DNA from: Klebsormidium nitens
Lineage: Eukaryota; Plantae; Klebsormidiophyceae
DNA length: 64,000 bases
NCBI GenBank assembly: GCA_000708835.1
Contig: DF236969.1
Location: forward strand, 310,001 to 374,000
Direction: 5' to 3'
Shown: in pieces, positions 1-12,157 of the stretch
How positions within the stretch are numbered: position 1 is the stretch's first letter
Layout of the letters: each line of letters starts with the position of its first letter
The notes under the pieces: model-generated
Told to the model about the DNA's origin: nothing
Databases searched by the model: none
The model's input: only the letters and a program-made list of their open reading frames with translations
Program-made: the position numbers and the translations under genes

Positions 1-143
1 ATGATGGCGGTTCCACACGTCTCTCTGTCGACTTCACACCTCCCTAGCCCGCATCTTTTCTGCGGCTTTGGTGAAGGCCACCGTTTCGTACAGCCACCCA
101 AAAGGATGCCCGTGTCGATCGAGTGTGAAAACCCCGGGTACAG

Positions 144-1348
144 GCCGTGTACGCGCTCGAGTTCCTGACGGTCCAGCCGGAGGACAACATCAAGCTGGCG
201 CTCAAGAGCGACATGGTGCCGATTTACATGGACGTCATCCGGAACGCCGGCGCCGAGGACCGCACGCGCGTGCGCGCGCTCTCCACGCTCACCGACAACA
301 GCAGGGGCTGGCACAAGTTCCAGGCGTAAGGGCCAGTCTCGGGCCCCTAGACCTCACACCCAAGATGTTGTTTTCGACGAGTTGTTCGAAAGTTCCCGCG
401 AAGGCGGAGAGTGTGGTATATCGTCGATTTCCGTAATTCTCGCCCCTAATGAATTGCAGACTGGTCAAGTTTAAGGTGCTCGAGAGTCTCCGCGACCCCT
501 TGGAAGGCCGGACTTCGACGTTTTTCCAGCGTGCTGGGCTAGCTTCAGTATTCTGCTCTCCCTTTCCAAGTTCGCACTTATTCATCATCGAGGTTACTTG
601 ATTGCACCCCGCTGCCATTCTGAGAAGAACACGTGGCCTTCTTGCGCTGAAGGTTTTCTGGTCTCGTCAGAGACTCCTATCATTGTTCTGTTCCGTCCAT
701 TCTTGCCTGCGTCTCGGACGTTGATCCTGGCACCCACAATCTTCATTTGGGTCTCCTCTGCTGCGGTTAACATATCTCCGAGTCGTCCTGATCCCGCCCA
801 TTCGATATTTTGCGCAGCTTGTCTTTCTCTCATCTCGGCCGTCAACTCTGGACGGAGCTAGCTAGCCGGGGCTCCATGATAATTTTGACTGATACATCAA
901 TCGTGACGGAGGTTTTATGGAAAGTTTGGTATGTCAGCAAATCTGCTGGCTTCGGGCGAAAACCAGCGGGCTGCCACTTCTGGGCACATCCATGAAAAGA
1001 GGCTTTAAGTCGCAATCTTCGCGGCTTTCATTCAGAACTTCCCTGCCAACAACCCGTTCGTCGTCTAACATGGACTATCCATTCCTTTAATCTTAAGCTT
1101 GCTTCTTCCCACTCCTCGCTGTTTTTACTCCGCGCCTTTTTCCTCCCTGCAGCAAATGCTCCCGGGCCGGCATCTACAAGCTAACGTGGACCCTCAAAGA
1201 CGACGCGGCCGCGAGCCCGGCGGTGCGCGACGCGGCCGCGCAGGCGTACCGCGACATGTGGAAAGCGATGGGCGAGAGCGTCCTCTCGATCGTCGGCCCG
1301 TTCTCGTTCTCCATGCGGAGCAACATTCTGAACGGCTCGCGCGCGTGA
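144..1348 (+). CDS. Last two exons of a gene entering from the left; unknown, probably alpha-helical (ARM-like) protein
   Basis: Exon 144-325 (acceptor tacag, donor GC|gtaag, phase 2) joins exon 1153-1348 (acceptor ccctgcag|C) in frame: ...AVYALEFLTVQPEDNIKLALKSDMVPIYMDVIRNAGAEDRTRVRALSTLTDNSRGWHKFQAKCSRAGIYKLTWTLKDDAAASPAVRDAAAQAYRDMWKAMGESVLSIVGPFSFSMRSNILNGSRA*. Both exons have strongly GC3-biased codons. The ARM-like call rests on composition only. Confidence 0.7.
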
Positions 1349-2728
1349 CGTACTGTGCTTCGAGACCTGGTGGCTGAGAAGCAGAGTTACAAGAAGCGAA
1401 AGAAGAAGGGGAAAACGAGATGAGAGCTACTTATCTTGGCGGGCCGCCAAGCCAGGGCAGAACGCCCTGTATTCAAGTGCGTGTATCTCATTCCAAGGAA
1501 TTCCTTTTGAAGCAAGGGAAGCATACTCTGTATCATGGAGGATTTGGTACGACCACCAAGGCCGTCGGTCAAGCAGACTTTGGTCTAATTCTGCGTGTAG
1601 CAGGGGTGTATAATCAGTAGACTGCAAGGTCACTCGGGTCAAGATACAGGCGGGTCTTGTCGACTGAACCGTACCACGTCATGTCCAGTCCTACTAGTCC
1701 TAGGGCGTCCGTAGGTCAAGGAGAAGCCGATAGACTGTCAGATTGAACCTCCGACCGCTTAAGCAATGCCAGCGTTGGTGCACGGGTGCCAATTGAACCT
1801 ACTGTACTTATAAACTTAAACAGACTTATACTGATGTCAGTGCTGACGTCTTAGTAAAATGTATTGGAGGCCTTGGCCAGAGACTTCTTTGAGCGGAGCA
1901 GTTTTTGGATTGAGTAGGCAATACGGACGCGTATTGTGATAGGTTGAGGATTTCCATCCACAGCAATGACCGTAGCTGCTGCACCACAAAAGCTGGCATG
2001 CGTCTCAAAACATCTGCTTAAGCTGCACCACCGGAATGTCTAGGTACGTTTTCTGCAACCGACTGCAATCCGGAGATTATAAGTCAACATGCCTGGCCTT
2101 ATCGGGAAAATTCCTGTCATTTTCAGCAAGTGCAGAATTGACGACGGTGCCTAGCTACAAGAGCTCTCATGTGCAGTCAACTCGTGAATCATGCGATATC
2201 AAACTAAAATCAAGCGCGGACGGCGATCCATGCCGGAGCTGGCTATGCCCGTTCGATCGTGACAGTACCAAGAAGCTAGCCCGCCGATCCTGTATATATA
2301 TACTCGTGACATATCCAAGTTGCGCGCGCGGCTTAATTGCACGGCCATGGCAAGTTCCGGAGGCCGTCCCTTAATCATGTGCGGATCATGATGGCCAGAG
2401 CTTTAACAATACAACCTAGTGAAGCGCCAATCATTGCTCAGCCTGGTTCAAGCATGGCGGCGCGCGCATGCATGCCCCTGGCAGAGGCCGAGCGAACACA
2501 TGCACATGTACATCGACTCAGAAAGAAAGTACCGGCGTCATGCTCCGTGCTTGAAATAGTCGGAAGCGGGTATTTGCTGCAAAAAAAACACTTGGCGACA
2601 AACGTGCATACCAGAAACATTCTTCCATCGTGCCTACAAAGCCTACGAATGGCTCCGCAAAGGTGATTATGTACAGGCGGTGCTCTGGCTAATAGGAATT
2701 AAATGCTACGACAATGACGTCATGACCG

Positions 2729-5700
2729 TCATTGGTCCTTGTCATCACTTCCGAACTGTGTCGAGTTCCCGTTCCAGAAGTTATTGCGCCTGGGATCCGC
2801 CTCCTCTTCCGACGAGCGGTCCAGCCCATGAATATTTCCCCGGGCGCCAGCACCCCTCTTGCGAGTCTGGTCGGAGGACCCTGCAAACGTAAGCTCTACG
2901 GTCAGCATGGATTCAATGTGGCCCAGTGGTTTTCCTGGCTATGCCTCTTCAATCTGTGGCGGGCAGTGATGGGTACGGGGATGCGAGACGTGCAGACGCT
3001 GGGTGATGTGGCAGATCGCGAGAGGACAATTCATTTCTTACCTTTTGCAAATTTTCAAAAAAGAGGAGGAGATGAAGCGACTTCTTTCATTCAAAACTCA
3101 TGTGCAGATTACATCAACTTTGCATCAAGAATGGCTGGACATATTTCTTTTTACAAAACATCTTTGTTTGCCTGTTGTGCAACATCTGCAAGGATCACCT
3201 GCTGCCGACTCGTGTGCAGGCCTGAAGGGATCATATCAAAAAACCATTCACTTACGAAAGCATGTTGCTTCCAATAAGAGCCCTCACTGCATCCGCTAAG
3301 TCGAGACACCTAACCCCAATAGCCAGCCATAAACTGATAGATTTCTGGTACTTCATTGTGTGTCCTTCTCTCAACGTAAAGTTCTGCTAGGCATCAACTT
3401 GGCCAGTGTGAGGTCCGGACCTGAGTGCACCAGAGGGAATAATTGCTGTGCGCTTACCTGTTTGGTTTGAGTTCGGTGTGGCAAACCGTCCCCCGGAACC
3501 AAGCCCACGAGAAGGCGGCTCCTGAGCGCCGGCTGGCCCGGCGCCCCCTTCACGAACAGCCCTCTCCAGCTGCGGATTAGGACCTGCGGGATTGAAGATA
3601 GCACCTCCAGCGTTTGCATGTAACCTTGCGGTTGGGCGACAAGAAAGCGAGACTAGCGAATAAGATACAATCGCGGCAGGGTGTACTCGAACCCATAAGA
3701 AGAAGCAGAACTGTGAGACAGAGCCTGATTCCGGTTCGGAAGGAAAAGGGCGACCATCCAAAAACCAGACACACATGAAAACGTGGCATCACGCCGTACA
3801 AAGCTGTCTTCGTGGGCACGAAAGGACTCTGATCCATCGACTCTCAAGAGAAGTCAGAGTCTGCTGTGTCTCTAGATGATTCCTTCCAACGAGTACATGC
3901 TTCATTCGCCAGGATCTGTTCCAGATTCAGAGCACCATCTGTGCTTCTGAATTGTCGAGGGGAAAGAAGGCTTTATCAACAGAGCAGCCGAGCTCACCGT
4001 ACTCCCACGGCCGTCCCGCTGGTTGCGCAGCCGCCTCAGCAGGCGGGGCTGCTGGCCCCCAAAGGTAAGCGAGCGGGTTCAAGTACCCAAGCACACCCCC
4101 CACTGTCCGCGTCACCCCCGCCACCACCCCTTGCTCTTCACTTGGTCCGCTCGGTGCAGGCCGTGCACTAACATTCGAAAACCGTTTCGGGATGAGCAGA
4201 AGCGACGCCCGTGGGTAGAGCTGAAGTTCCACGAAGCTCTTTTCGAGGTCCGACTCAGTGAGGATCCGCTTTGGGAAGGGGATGGCGAGATCGTAGGGAC
4301 TCCCGTTTTCGTTCCGGTTGGCGTCAAGCCAGGCGCGTGCGTCCCACAGGGGGGCGTTCTTGTCGAACTCGGCGCGCATGCTCTCGCCGTTGGTGAGTCG
4401 AAACTGGATCACGGCCGTTTGAGAGGTGGACGCGGGTGGGGGTGCGGGCTTGGGGCTTGCCTTGATACCAGCCTGACGACTTTCAGCAGAAGCGGTGGAC
4501 GGAACGGCGGGGACCGGTTTCTGGATACTCTTTGGTGCAGCAGGCGGTGCTTGTGTTGGAGGTCGAATGGGTGGTTTCGAGGGGCTAGGTGGAGGAGGCT
4601 TCTCCTGGTCTCGCTTCTGCTTCTTGACGGTGCTCTCGGCCTCCCTGCGCGCCGCTTCTACAGAAGCACTGCCACCTGCCTCCCCTTCTTTCTTGTCCAG
4701 TTTGGCTCCACCAGCACTGGCACGTGCGGAAAGCACCCCGCCAGGCCCCAGGGATCCCCCTGCTGTTTGATGCTCTGGGGCCGTGCCTACTACGCCAGGG
4801 GGGTCGTCCAGTACCGGGTGTCCAGACTCATCCAACAAGTCGGGTATCCTTTCCTCAGACTCGCTGCCGTCGTCCACCGTTTCGAGTCCCGGGTCATCCA
4901 TACGCTCTCGATGGGTGAACGTGACCGTCCAACCATACTGCATCTCAGCATCCGCCTCCTGCCCAGCCCTTCCGGCGGCCCGCGCGCCCACTGACGGCCT
5001 TGCTCCCTCGACCTGCCGCTCTTCACTTTGTGCTGGCATCGGGGCCCTCCCCAGGGGGACAGGCCCTTGCACCCCTCCCGCCGCATCTCCTCTTCCTTGC
5101 GGCACTCTTAGTACCGATCTTTGTTGCTCGTTGTGACGCGGCTCCTCATTCTGAGCAGGCCCGGGAACTGTGGTCGGAGCTGTGGCCCCAGCAGCATTGG
5201 TCAGCATTGCCGCCATCGCCCTGGCCAGCTGTGACTTGAGCGCTCCTTCCTCGATGCCCTTGACCAGATCTGCGCTTGAGATGAAACCCTCGTGCCAGAA
5301 GACGCAGTCGCCAGCGGTGCCTACGGGGAAATCATAAGTAGTCAACGCCGTGATTCGCTGTGCGGTCAACATTCATTGATAAAGGGAGAGTTGGCATGTC
5401 TGATATCTACTCCACCCTTGCAAACCCCTTGATACATCAAAAGTTTCTTGTTTGACACACAAGTCATCACCTCATGATTTTGGAAAACAACCGTGGTGGC
5501 TTAATAATCCATATTATTAGGCAGAATATGCAGTGTCCCCGACAGCAAATGTAGCGATCTTGTGGGCGATCTCTTTTGGGCGATCTTGTGGAAGCACTGC
5601 AACACCAGAAAGCTCAAGGGTGCGCACGTTGAAAGCACCACCTACAACATGGACAAAGAACTTCTTCATGTGACAGTTGACATTCAATGCAGCTTTGATC

Positions 5701-6035
5701 AAACGCTCTTGCGCAATGTAATCAGCTTGTAAAAGGTTTTCTTTGTACCGCTCACCAATGACAGCCACCGTGGGAGCTTTGTTGATCTTGCAGAATGCAC
5801 TAAAATTTGCAGCATCCGGGCTGCCCTCTTGCAACCTAAGAATCAGCATTCCCTTCAGCGAGTCAGCAATGGCAGGCCAAGTCACCGCTTCCATTTCCTT
5901 GGACTCAGCATTCTCGCTCCCAACATATACCACAACCTGCTTGTTCTCAACCTTTGCCTTCCCGATTGCTTCAGTGATAGAGCCTTGGTAAAATACTTGC
6001 TGCATATCCGATCCACCCCCCTCGCTCGCAGCCAT
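2729..6035 (-). CDS. UBX domain protein, PUX11/UBXN4-like (N-terminal thioredoxin-like UAS region, UBX domain, C-terminal NFWNGNSTQF motif)
   Basis: Exons (minus) 6035-5756, 5320-3998, 3583-3458, 2880-2729 are phase-consistent, about 626 aa if the long exon has no hidden intron. UBX: TAVIQFRLTNGESMRAEFDKNAPLWDARAWLD...IPFPKR...SFVELQLYPRASLLL. N-terminus VFYQGSITEAIGKAKVENKQVVVYV. C-terminus PWEYGPNP...RRNNFWNGNSTQFGSDDKDQ*, a motif typical of the UBXN4/PUX11 family. Confidence 0.88.
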
Positions 6036-6619
6036 TCTGGCACTTCAATGTAGACAATTCCAACGGACGCCCTCAATTTGAAGATTAAATCTTGCGCTTC
6101 AAAGCTGATTAAAACGACTCAGAATGCTTGCCCCCCTTGCATGCTGGAATTGAGTCCAGTGCTGGCACCAATGAACCAGCTTTACAATTCACCTAGCTGG
6201 ATTCTGTACACGTCGGGTAAATCAGGATGAACGCTTGGGCTAGCACGCTAGCCTCGGACCAGAATCCGAATGGGAACCCGGGTTCGATCCGCGGGCCGAC
6301 GGCCGGGGCACCCAGCGCAAAATCACGCGCGTTTTTTAGCTGGGTTCTGTATACCAGATTTCTGAGCCGTCGATCTAAAAGTGAGAGGGGCTCAAAGTCG
6401 TCGATAAGACTTTGGGAAGGTTACAACTTACAATACCTCTAGTGACGGGTTGCACTCGGACTCGGAGCTCCGCAACATGTGATCGAGGGGACGCTGAATT
6501 TAGAAGGAGGGAGGACGCTTCAACGCTTCATTGACATCAGTGACATCAGTAGTGAAGGCCTGCCAGCGCAGTTCGCCGCAGTGCTTTCTGTCATCAGCAG
6601 GAGGCGATGATGCAAAAGA
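6036..6619. promoter_or_regulatory. Short divergent (bidirectional) promoter region between the UBX and GT29 genes
   Basis: About 580 bp between opposing start codons. Contains an 18-nt near-direct repeat (6194-6211 and 6337-6354) and an imperfect inverted repeat (6311-6344). Confidence 0.5.
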
Positions 6620-9532
6620 ATGAAGACGGCCTCTGGATTGAAGCGATGGCCTTCAGCTCGAAGGTATCATTGGCGTGCAGCCTCTCAAGGTGTTGCGCTG
6701 TTCGCTGCTGTCTTCTTTATGTGCCTTCTATTTTCAGAGCGCGGCATCAGTGACGAGCACGTGGAAGGCAGGACTGACGAGGAAAAGGAAGGCTCCTGGA
6801 TTCTGAGGAGAAAGCTGGGTCCAGAGCAGGGAGACAGCATCGAGGGAAGGGTAAATGCAGGTTCGCTTGAGCTACCAAAGATAACTCTACGTGCGCTTGC
6901 GTCCCGGGAAGAGATACAAAAAGAGGTCAAAGCAGCCGAAGCACAGCTTGAAACCAGGGAGCAGGGAGCTGGTTCGGATCCTAGCAAGAATCCTATCTTA
7001 AGAGGGAACTTCGATCTTAAACGCTTTCCTATAGACCATGCTGTCCTAGCTAAGAAGCTCACCCTGCAACAGAACTCAAAGGTAGAGCATATTCCGAATG
7101 AAAAGACGGAAGCTGAACCATCAGATATTCCACTTCGGCAATTCAAGTTGCCGAGTAAGGAGCAAGGCAATCTGGTACCATATACTCAAGGAGCCGAGCC
7201 TGCCCTAGGAACGACCACCAGTCTCACCACTTTACCAGAAGTGAGGCCCCCGGAGAAGGAAGTGTCAAACTGCAAGCTTTGCCCAGCTCCGGTCATACCC
7301 CAATTCTGCAGCTATGCGCCCCACCCGTTGGCCCCTTTAGACAGTCTTCTAAAGCTAGACCAGGGCATCGTCTCCCGCTTCTCTTGGAGCTCTCAAGCTC
7401 TGGCAGCTCTGGACCCAGCTACAGCGTCTCAAGCGCCATTTGAACCCCCTCCTGAGGAAGTCAGGAGCACAGTCAGCCAGCTCCTGGACCAGTGGCAGAG
7501 TCCAAAGTCGAGCTGCGGAATTTGGACGCGGGACTGTGTGCGAAGACATCTGTCTGGTGAACACCTCCCAAACGTTCCCACAGGGCCAGAGCGCTGCTTT
7601 GTGGATGGGCGGTTCCCTGTGGGGAAGGACACAGAGCAGGTGTTACAGCTGTTTCCAGACCTAAAAGAGGGCGTCTTTGGCAGCTGCGCTGTGGTGGCAG
7701 TCAGCCACAATCTGCTAGGGAAGGGGAGGGGGCCTGAAATTGATGCGCATGACACTGTGTTCAGGTAAGAGGATGCTGCAGCATAATGGCAACTTAGACA
7801 ATCTTGTGCTGTACGGGCCTGCTTTTAGAATATCTGGCTGGCCTGATGAGATCTTAAGATTCCTCAAGCTCGAGATTCCAATCAATGGTGTGTGTACAAT
7901 AAAGTTGAGTTCGGCACACTCTGCCCCCGCTCAATTTATCTGCCCTCTCCTGGTATCGAAGCCTTTATCAAGCAGACATATCCTGGACCAGTATACCTCG
8001 TCCTGCCTGAATTGCCACCATGTCAGAGACTGATTTGTTGGAAGCCCTGCGTCACAGTCTTGGTGTTGATGAATTGGTATTTGCAAAGGTAAAGCAGCAA
8101 AAATGTCTCGACGTCCTCTTCTCATATTTTGGGCTGGTCGCAACAGAATATCATGGTCCCTGCGGGTTTGTTGAGTTGTTACCAGAGACAAGAGGCCTTG
8201 AATTACCATTTGCATCTGACCTGCTGGCGCTCGTGGAAGGCAGCTCTTGCGTGGTTATAGGTACAGCTGCTGCGCATGCACAGAATTGGCGTTTTGATAG
8301 AGAACACCTTACCGTTCCCTTCAATTACCTGCTTTCGATGTCATCCGCTGGCGTCTGCTTTTTTGGATCCGAGGTTTGAAGAAGATCCTTGCAGGATGCT
8401 CCGACTCAAGGGTTGTTGCTCCTATTTGCAATCGACCGGAAAGCCATTGTAAGAAGAGGCCTAGCTTAGAATCGCTTTGAACGTTCAGCAGACCTAAGCA
8501 AAGCTGAGACCATTTATTTGAGCAAACCTTCACTGACCTCGAGCTTTTTGACAAGCGTACATTGTACCGTCTGTGCGCAGATTTAACGCCCCTCAGGAGG
8601 GCTTTCGAAAGGACGTTGGCGCACGGTCCACCATCCTTTACTGGAAGGGGCGGGGTCGTGAGCACGCGTACGGGCAGGAAGGGCAGACTGCCGAGTGGTT
8701 CTACATGTTTCGAGAGTACCCCAAGGCCAAGTTTTTCAAGCTTGCCACTGCCGGCGAGCAGCGCAAGCTCAAGTTCCGGAGGAAGCAGGCCCTGTGGACC
8801 AGCGGTCTGCCGTGGGAGGTGAGGCGGTTCATACCGTTCTCAGCCGTTCAAGTCGCGCTTGGTCGAGATGCCTTTTCGAGAAGGTGGTCATGCCCAAAAG
8901 AACGTGCTATGCTGGCGTTGCTTGGCCTCAAGAGCATCGGCTACTTGAGGTTGAGAGTCCTTCCCTTTTGCTTTACGAATCCCAATCGGTTCTGTCTTTC
9001 TGCATCCTCAGTTTTGAGTTCGTGATTGTGTTTAGCTCCAGAAGATCCTTAGCCAGTCACTTCGGTTCCTCGTTCTTTCTTCATTGCTAGCGGGATCTGT
9101 TGGTTCAAGTCGTTCCTGTCCGCTACTACTGTCCTGTCCGCTCACCATGGTGCAGACACGATGTTTCGCTACCGGGCTCGTTTCTGGGGCTTTTTCTTTG
9201 TCATTGTTGTCGGCGTTCGAAAAAATGTGTGGCTATGCTCAGCTTTCCTCTGTGCCCTCCAGGTTGGCCACCAGATTTACGAGCCGTTGAGAAAGCTCGA
9301 CCCCCTGGTGAAGATGAGCAACGGTTTCGAGATAGTTCTGGGTGTGATTTCGAGCGGTCTGTGCAGTAGGGTTGACCTTTATGGGTTCAGTGCTCAGGGC
9401 AACGGAAAGTACTTCGTAGACGTCGAGAGCAAGAACCTGGGGGCGCAGATGTTGTTCAAGCATGTTGCAGGCCTAGAACACTGGGTGTACAGGGAAGCAA
9501 TGGCGCGCGGGATGCTGTGCATATATGATTGA
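6620..9532 (+). CDS. Glycosyltransferase family 29 (sialyltransferase-like), type II membrane protein
   Basis: Exons 6620-7764, 8581-8818, 9263-9532 are phase-consistent, about 550 aa. N-terminal TM VALFAAVFFMCLLFS, then a long stem. Sialylmotif L is split by intron 1: FGSCAVVAVSHNLLGKGRGPEIDAHDTVFR|FNAPQEGFRKDVGARST. Motif S-like KMSNGFEIVLGVISSGLCSRVDLYGF. Motif VS-like HVAGLE. Confidence 0.9.
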
Positions 9533-10608
9533 CGCGGAAGATGTGCTTGATTGTCTGAGTAAACGAGCTTTCGCGATCGAGTGCAACTCGTTCATTTTAT
9601 CCACTTGTGTTGAGATCAAAATGTGCGGCCAGTGTATTACAATTGATTCACAGATGCTTTCTTCAAGTTCCTTCCCTCAGAATCGGCCGGGGCCACATGT
9701 TATATCTTGATAGCATCGCAGGCCATACACTTCTGGTACAAAAGCTTTGAAAGTTGGAGCCAAAGTTTATGGGGATCAATCTTTTGTACACCTCATCTCG
9801 ATCATGATCAATGTATTCGCGCATGATCTGAATGTTCAGTTTGCTCAGATCACCGGGCCATCTTATAATCATTGATCGAACAAAATTTTGTAGCACATAC
9901 ACGTATTACATGCAGTATGTACATGCATGTGCAACAAAGCTTCGGCCCACAGCATTCCACCGGCTCCTTATTATAGCACTCTCCGACCAGATTGTCCTTG
10001 TAGGCATGCCGCCAGTTATTTAAATACTGCATATAGAACTGTAATCTTGATCCTCTTCGTAGCGATTGACTGCATGCATGTGCATCAGATTGCGTCCGTT
10101 TTCAATGATCATCCTGCATACCGGCCTTGCTGGCGGCTCTGGTTTCTGCTTTAGTGTTGCCGATGATAACGACGAACTAGCTGGGTGCAGTGCAACTGTC
10201 ATGTAGGAATGGGCCAAACATCCAAATTGTCAACGACCAATCAGTAGCTGGAAGTATGGTGTGAGGATATGGGTGTATAGGCCTCAGAGAAACAATGGAC
10301 TAATCTGAGCTGCAAGCACCAATAATATCAGACAAACTATGATAACCTTTGAACAGATGAATCCCCACGGAGCAAATCTGCATACTGGCATCCCACATGA
10401 CAGTATTTTCTGCAACGCCCAATGCGTCTTAAGGTCTGCAACAGAGAGCTGGTCTGGCTGAACCTTCACCCTTTATGCAACCTTAGTCCCAAAAACCTGT
10501 TCAAACTATCCTGAGCACCCCAAATTGCTTCCGTTAAGTCAGACCTTGTAAGTGCTAGAGAGAAGGCCACCTGTAGGTCTAAACTACATATGTACAGACA
10601 AATCGTTC

Positions 10609-11817
10609 TTACTTGATCTTTCCTCTGAGCTTCACTCCCAAAATGCGTTCCAATTTAGCGAGGACTTGCTGATTGGGAACTGCTTTTCCTGACTCGTACT
10701 CTTGAACAACCCGAGGTTGCTCATTGATTGCCTGAGCCAACTGTGCTTGTGTGAGCTTCTTTTCAATCCGAGCTGCCTGGATCTTCTTCTTTACTTCTGT
10801 CTCGACTTTCGGTAAATGAAACTCTTCAGTCTCCTCGTCCAGTTTTCGCGCCAGCAATCCAGTGTCTGTTGTCTTTTTGTTTGCACCTGTGCGGACAATA
10901 GAGGGCAATTTCTTAGTGTTCTGTATTAGTGTTTGCTTGCGACCTGCCAAATGTAGACTCATTACGAATTTTGGGAAACCTGTCATCAGACTGGGTCTGA
11001 AAATAGATGCCCTGGTTTGTGGCAACGGTGAGAACGTACTACCACCGGCTTCTTTTGAGTTTCACCCACACCCAGTGCCTGATCACATTCCACAGACGAG
11101 TGACCAACTGCAAACCCTTTGTTCTGACAACCTCGCAAGCCACCAATATACTCATAACAATGACGGATAGATCATGACCCCTTGTGGTGTTGCTTAAAGT
11201 CCCAGGTGCTTCAAGTGGCCAGATTTTTCCGGCCTTTCAAAGGCTGTCAGATGGCAGTCATCACGCGCCAAACCTCAGCTGATGACCTCTCGCCAAACGA
11301 TCTGGCCAACGTTGAAAAACGCCTTCCAAGCTTGAGGTGGCAAGAGAGAAACCCTAACGCCTTAGGTCAAGAATGCCAAAGAATGTCCTGGACACTGCCT
11401 TTGCACAAACTGAAGTGAGGAGACATCCACAACAAGAGCTAACGCTAGACCTCATGGGCAACTGCCAACGAGCACGCAACTTCAAACTTCATGCTTCTGT
11501 AGACAGCCTTTGATCCTTAAACTACATGCTCATATAGATATAGGAAGAAGCAAGATCAGGACTGTCACAGGATCTTTAAAAAGGAGAGTCAAACTGCAGC
11601 AGCATGCAATGGATCCCAACGTCAGACTTCAAACACTCACAGATCTTGTACCTGTCCCCTTACCTGCATCAAACTTCTTGACGGTGTCCACCTGCCCTCC
11701 CGCCCTACGTGCCGCGTTCACCGCCTTTTCGTCCTTTGTCTCCGCTGACTTTGTGGGATGCTTCCGGATGACCACCGGCTCCCAATCCTGCCCCGTAGGC
11801 ACACCCCTGGATGGCAT
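10609..11817 (-). CDS. MBF1: Multiprotein bridging factor 1, MBF1c-like
   Basis: Exons 11817-11664 and 10886-10609, 143 aa: MPSRGVPTGQDWEPVVIRK...TVKKFDAG|ANKK...RKLDEETE...IQAARIEKKLTQAQLAQAINEQPRVVQEYESGKAVPNQQVLAKLERILGVKLRGKIK. MBF1 N-terminal domain plus cro/C1 HTH. Confidence 0.95.
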
Positions 11818-12157
11818 CCTGATCAACGGAGGGGATAACAAGTGTAGGTTTTAACAATTGGGCTTATATCAGCAGCTTTGACTGATGCAGGTGGAGGCAA
11901 ATGCCTGTTATCAGCGGCTTCAAAGAAGAGCGGCGCCAAGAGTGGACTAGAACAGCTCTTCGGAAATCTGACAGTGAGAAAGCTTTGGCGAGCTTCAAAA
12001 TCTGGAAGACAAGATGATCCTATGCGTAAGGGGACGTTCTCCTCCACTTCTCAACTTTTCGTCGGGCAGTTGGGAAAGTGCTGTATATTTTGCAGGGCGT
12101 CGTTAACTTGAACCAAGCTCCGGCCTGAGTGTTTGAACATCAGATTCATAACACGAG

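Noticed and set aside
4023-5239. Several long ORFs overlapping the UBX gene (323 aa, 117 aa, 98 aa, etc.)
   Set aside because: Antisense or alternate-frame shadows of a GC-rich exon, with no motifs.
6255-6300. GGGTTCGATCC resembling a tRNA T-loop/B-box
   Set aside because: The T-stem has a mismatch and no acceptor stem, D-arm or anticodon arm can be folded; not called a tRNA or SINE.
9663-9902. 79-aa minus-strand ORF with protein-like text (WPGDLSKLNIQIMREYIDHDRDEVYKRLIP)
   Set aside because: No recognisable motif, splice partner or TE hallmark; too short to support.
11349-11357. Telo-box-like AAACCCTAA in the MBF1 intron
   Set aside because: A single 9-mer, compatible with chance; no flanking site II motifs established.
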